Assembly (NCBI RefSeq): GCF_963921235.1
Contig: NC_086097.1
Span: forward strand, 179,120,001-179,184,000
Direction: 5' to 3'
DNA from: Mobula hypostoma
Lineage: Eukaryota
Length of the DNA stretch: 64,000 bases
Part shown: piece by piece, positions 61,501 through 64,000 of the stretch
Numbering within the stretch: position 1 is the first letter of the stretch
How the letters are laid out: each line of letters opens with the position of its first letter
Notes under the pieces: generated by a model
The model's input: only the letters and a program-made list of their open reading frames with translations
What the model was told of the DNA's origin: nothing
Databases searched by the model: none
Program-made: the position numbers and the translations under genes

Positions 61501-63554
61501 CATGTCAGACATAGAAGTAGTCGACCATTCAGCCCCTCACTCAGATAATGGTTTACTTTTTACCTCAGTGCCACTTTCCTTCATTGATCCCATAATCCTT
61601 ATTCCTTTTATATCTAAAATTCCATTGATCTGCCCTGAATATACTGAGTGACTGAGCATCAATAACCTTACTGGCTGTGAGGTTCCTACTGATGATCATT
61701 TTCTACCTACTCTCCTACTGAACATTCCCAGTTCTGCAAGTTAACTTTTTTCTCTTTCTCTGCAGATGCTACCTGACCTACACAGTATTTCCAGCACTTT
61801 CTGTTTTTTGTTAAATTTCAAATGTCCAACACTTCAAATTGTTTTCTTTTCAACATGATCTGGGAAAATGACGGGGGTGGGGGGGAGAAGTGAGAATGCC
61901 CAGGGTCATCCGGGTCTTTGAGTATGCTGGCTGCTTTACCTACGCAGTGAGAAGTGGAGACAGAAGCCATGGAGGTGAGGCTAGTTTCCATGATGTGCTG
62001 AGCTTGTACACTACTCTCTGCGGTTTTTTGTGGTCACGGGTAGAGCAATTGCCCAGCTGCCACAATAGAAATCAAACTGCTATCTTTGGATCAATAATCT
62101 AACCCAGTGATATAACTAACTGCTGTGGTACAAAACTTTGCAAGTTTAATATTGTTGGTATCTAGTTATTTTCCACAGTGTGGTGTCAGGTGCAGAAGTT
62201 AGGTCATGTATGGGAAACTGGAAGGTCCGTCAAACTGCAAACTAAAGTTTTTCAAGTTACAAACTTCCCTGTAGAAAGGAACAGAACCTTTCCATTCAGA
62301 AAACCCCAAACCTCTGCTATTCTAAACACATCCCACTTACCAATATTGATCACGAGAGAGTAAAGCTCACACAGAGTTGAGTCATCATCATACTTTAGAC
62401 TTGAATGATGGGAACTCGTACACATATTGGTAAGTCATGGTTAGAAAGTAAAACTTGGTCTACTCCTCATTATTTGAGCATAAGTCTTTTGATTCCTTGG
62501 GATTATAACTCCCACTATCAATATATTAATCTTAACACTTGGAAAATAGTGACGATGGCGAACAATAAGGGCTCTTAAATCGGGAAACCTTCCAGTAGAG
62601 TGGGTATATAAAGAATCGGAACGCATCTTCCTGAACAATTAATATATTATTAATAGACAAAGCTGATGGCAAGCTCAAGGCAGTGAGAAGGCATTGTGTG
62701 AGCTGTGAAGTGTGGAACGAGCTGCCAGCGCAAGTGGTGCACACAGCTCAGTTTCAAAGTTTAAGAGAAATTTGGATAGGTATGTGGATGGTTGGGATAT
62801 GGAGGGCTATGGTCCCAGTGCAAGTCAATGGGCGTAGGCTGTTTAAATGGCTTGGGATAGAGTCAATGGGCTGAAGGACTTGTTTCTGTGCTATAGTTTT
62901 CTATGACTAAGTTCCAGAACCCATTCTGATTTTGAGTCATACAGTAATATACAGCAGGAAACAGGCCATTTGGCCCAACTCATCCATGCCCACCAAGCTG
63001 GACCCATATGTCCACATTTTGCCCATATCCCTCTAAACCTTTCTTATCCATGTAACATCCAAATGATTTGGAAATGTCGTTCCCCCAGCAGCTTGTTCCA
63101 TATATGCATCACCCGTATACCTCTCAGTGGTGTGCTGGCATTAACTGTCCGTTTAACTTGCTGTAGAAAGTAAGCTGGCGACAATCAGTATTCACAATTT
63201 ACCAACAGCTTAAAATGAAAATTCAGTCCTACACATTCAAAACTATCTTACAAAATGATGCACATAGTTGCAAAACTGGAGCTAGATGAATGGAAATAAT
63301 TGGATAATTCCACTGGCAAACTCAGCAACTGGTGCAGTAGGTTTCTTCCCTCCACCATCAGATTTCTGAATGGACAATGAACCCATGAACACTTCCCCAG
63401 TACTTTTTTCCCCCGTCTTTTTGCACTTTAATTTTTTATTGAAATTTATCATTTTTATTAGTATGTATTACACAATGTACTGCTGCGCAAAACACCAAAT
63501 TTCAGTAAATATGTTGGTGATATTAAACCTGATTCTGATTCTAATTTTGAAGTA

Positions 63555-63770
63555 GGCAAGTGGAGTGGGCATTGTTGGAGCGGCCATTGTGTGTGTGGGC
63601 CACTTTTAGAGTGGCTTTGGATCATCAGGCTTGGGTGAGGTAGTTATCTCGTAAGTTTCTTCTTTTTTCTTCATTCCTGGTCTGTTAGGGTACAGTTAGT
63701 GCAGTGGGAATGGCTCCAGGGACTGTGTTGTGTTCTTTGTGCGAGATGTGGAAATTCAGTGACTGAGACC
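63555..63770 (+). mobile_element. Isolated 5' end of a CR1 (5'UTR plus start of ORF1)
   Basis: ggagcggccatt 5'UTR-like motif; ATG at 63709 reads MAPGTVLCSLCEMWKF, matching the CR1 ORF1 VxCxxCxMW zinc-finger start. Confidence 0.6.
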
Positions 63771-64000
63771 CATTTTATGCAGTTTATACGTGACTGCTCT
63801 CCGCTCTGGAAGAATGATCCTGCTATTGTTTTGGCTCCAAAACAGCACAACCACCTCCAAGTTATTGTTTACCAGCCCATTTGTTCATGTCGTTGTGAAG
63901 GAAGGAATTCATTGAACAAATTCAGATTAGAATCAATTTTAATGTTTTATTCAGAACATGAAGTTTAGAGTGAAAATGTGGCAATTAACTACTAAGTATT

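Noticed and set aside
62350..62395. Box C-like ATGATGA on the minus strand (C/D snoRNA)
   Set aside because: No box D CTGA at a suitable distance
62399..62429. 31-nt plus-strand micro-exon reading LNDGNSYTYW (DOC/APC10-like)
   Set aside because: Weak acceptor, too short to be significant, no partner exons found
1..64000. Remaining 60-170 aa ORFs in the track
   Set aside because: Antisense or off-frame readings of repeats, or random ORFs; none matches a host protein family I recognise

Overview
Repeat-dense eukaryotic non-genic (intergenic or deep intronic) DNA. The repeat set (CR1, Rex1/Babar, L2, V-/CORE-/Deu-type SINEs, Penelope-like elements) suggests a cartilaginous fish, probably a ray; this is inferred from repeat content only. 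I find no recognisable host protein-coding gene. The longer ORFs are LINE reverse-transcriptase fragments, a Penelope GIY-YIG fragment, or read-through of a 36-bp minisatellite. The most coherent system is a family of Penelope-like pseudo-LTRs (pLTRs) carrying a minimal type-I hammerhead ribozyme (CAGTC-CTGANGA-AGGGTCTCGGCCC-GAAACGTC-GACTG), with at least 8 copies. Three insertions are inverted-repeat structures with 9-11 bp flanking duplications. At 57.6 kb the hammerhead core caps a 60-bp hairpin whose inversion junction falls at the predicted cleavage site. Also present: two solo LTRs with TSDs, a four-level transposon nest (46.8-51.5 kb), a 2.7-kb G4-prone minisatellite apparently derived from L2 coding sequence, two unexplained inverted-repeat pairs, short local duplications and an enhancer-like TAAT-rich block (55.3-55.6 kb). 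Family assignments are by eye and boundaries without TSDs are approximate.
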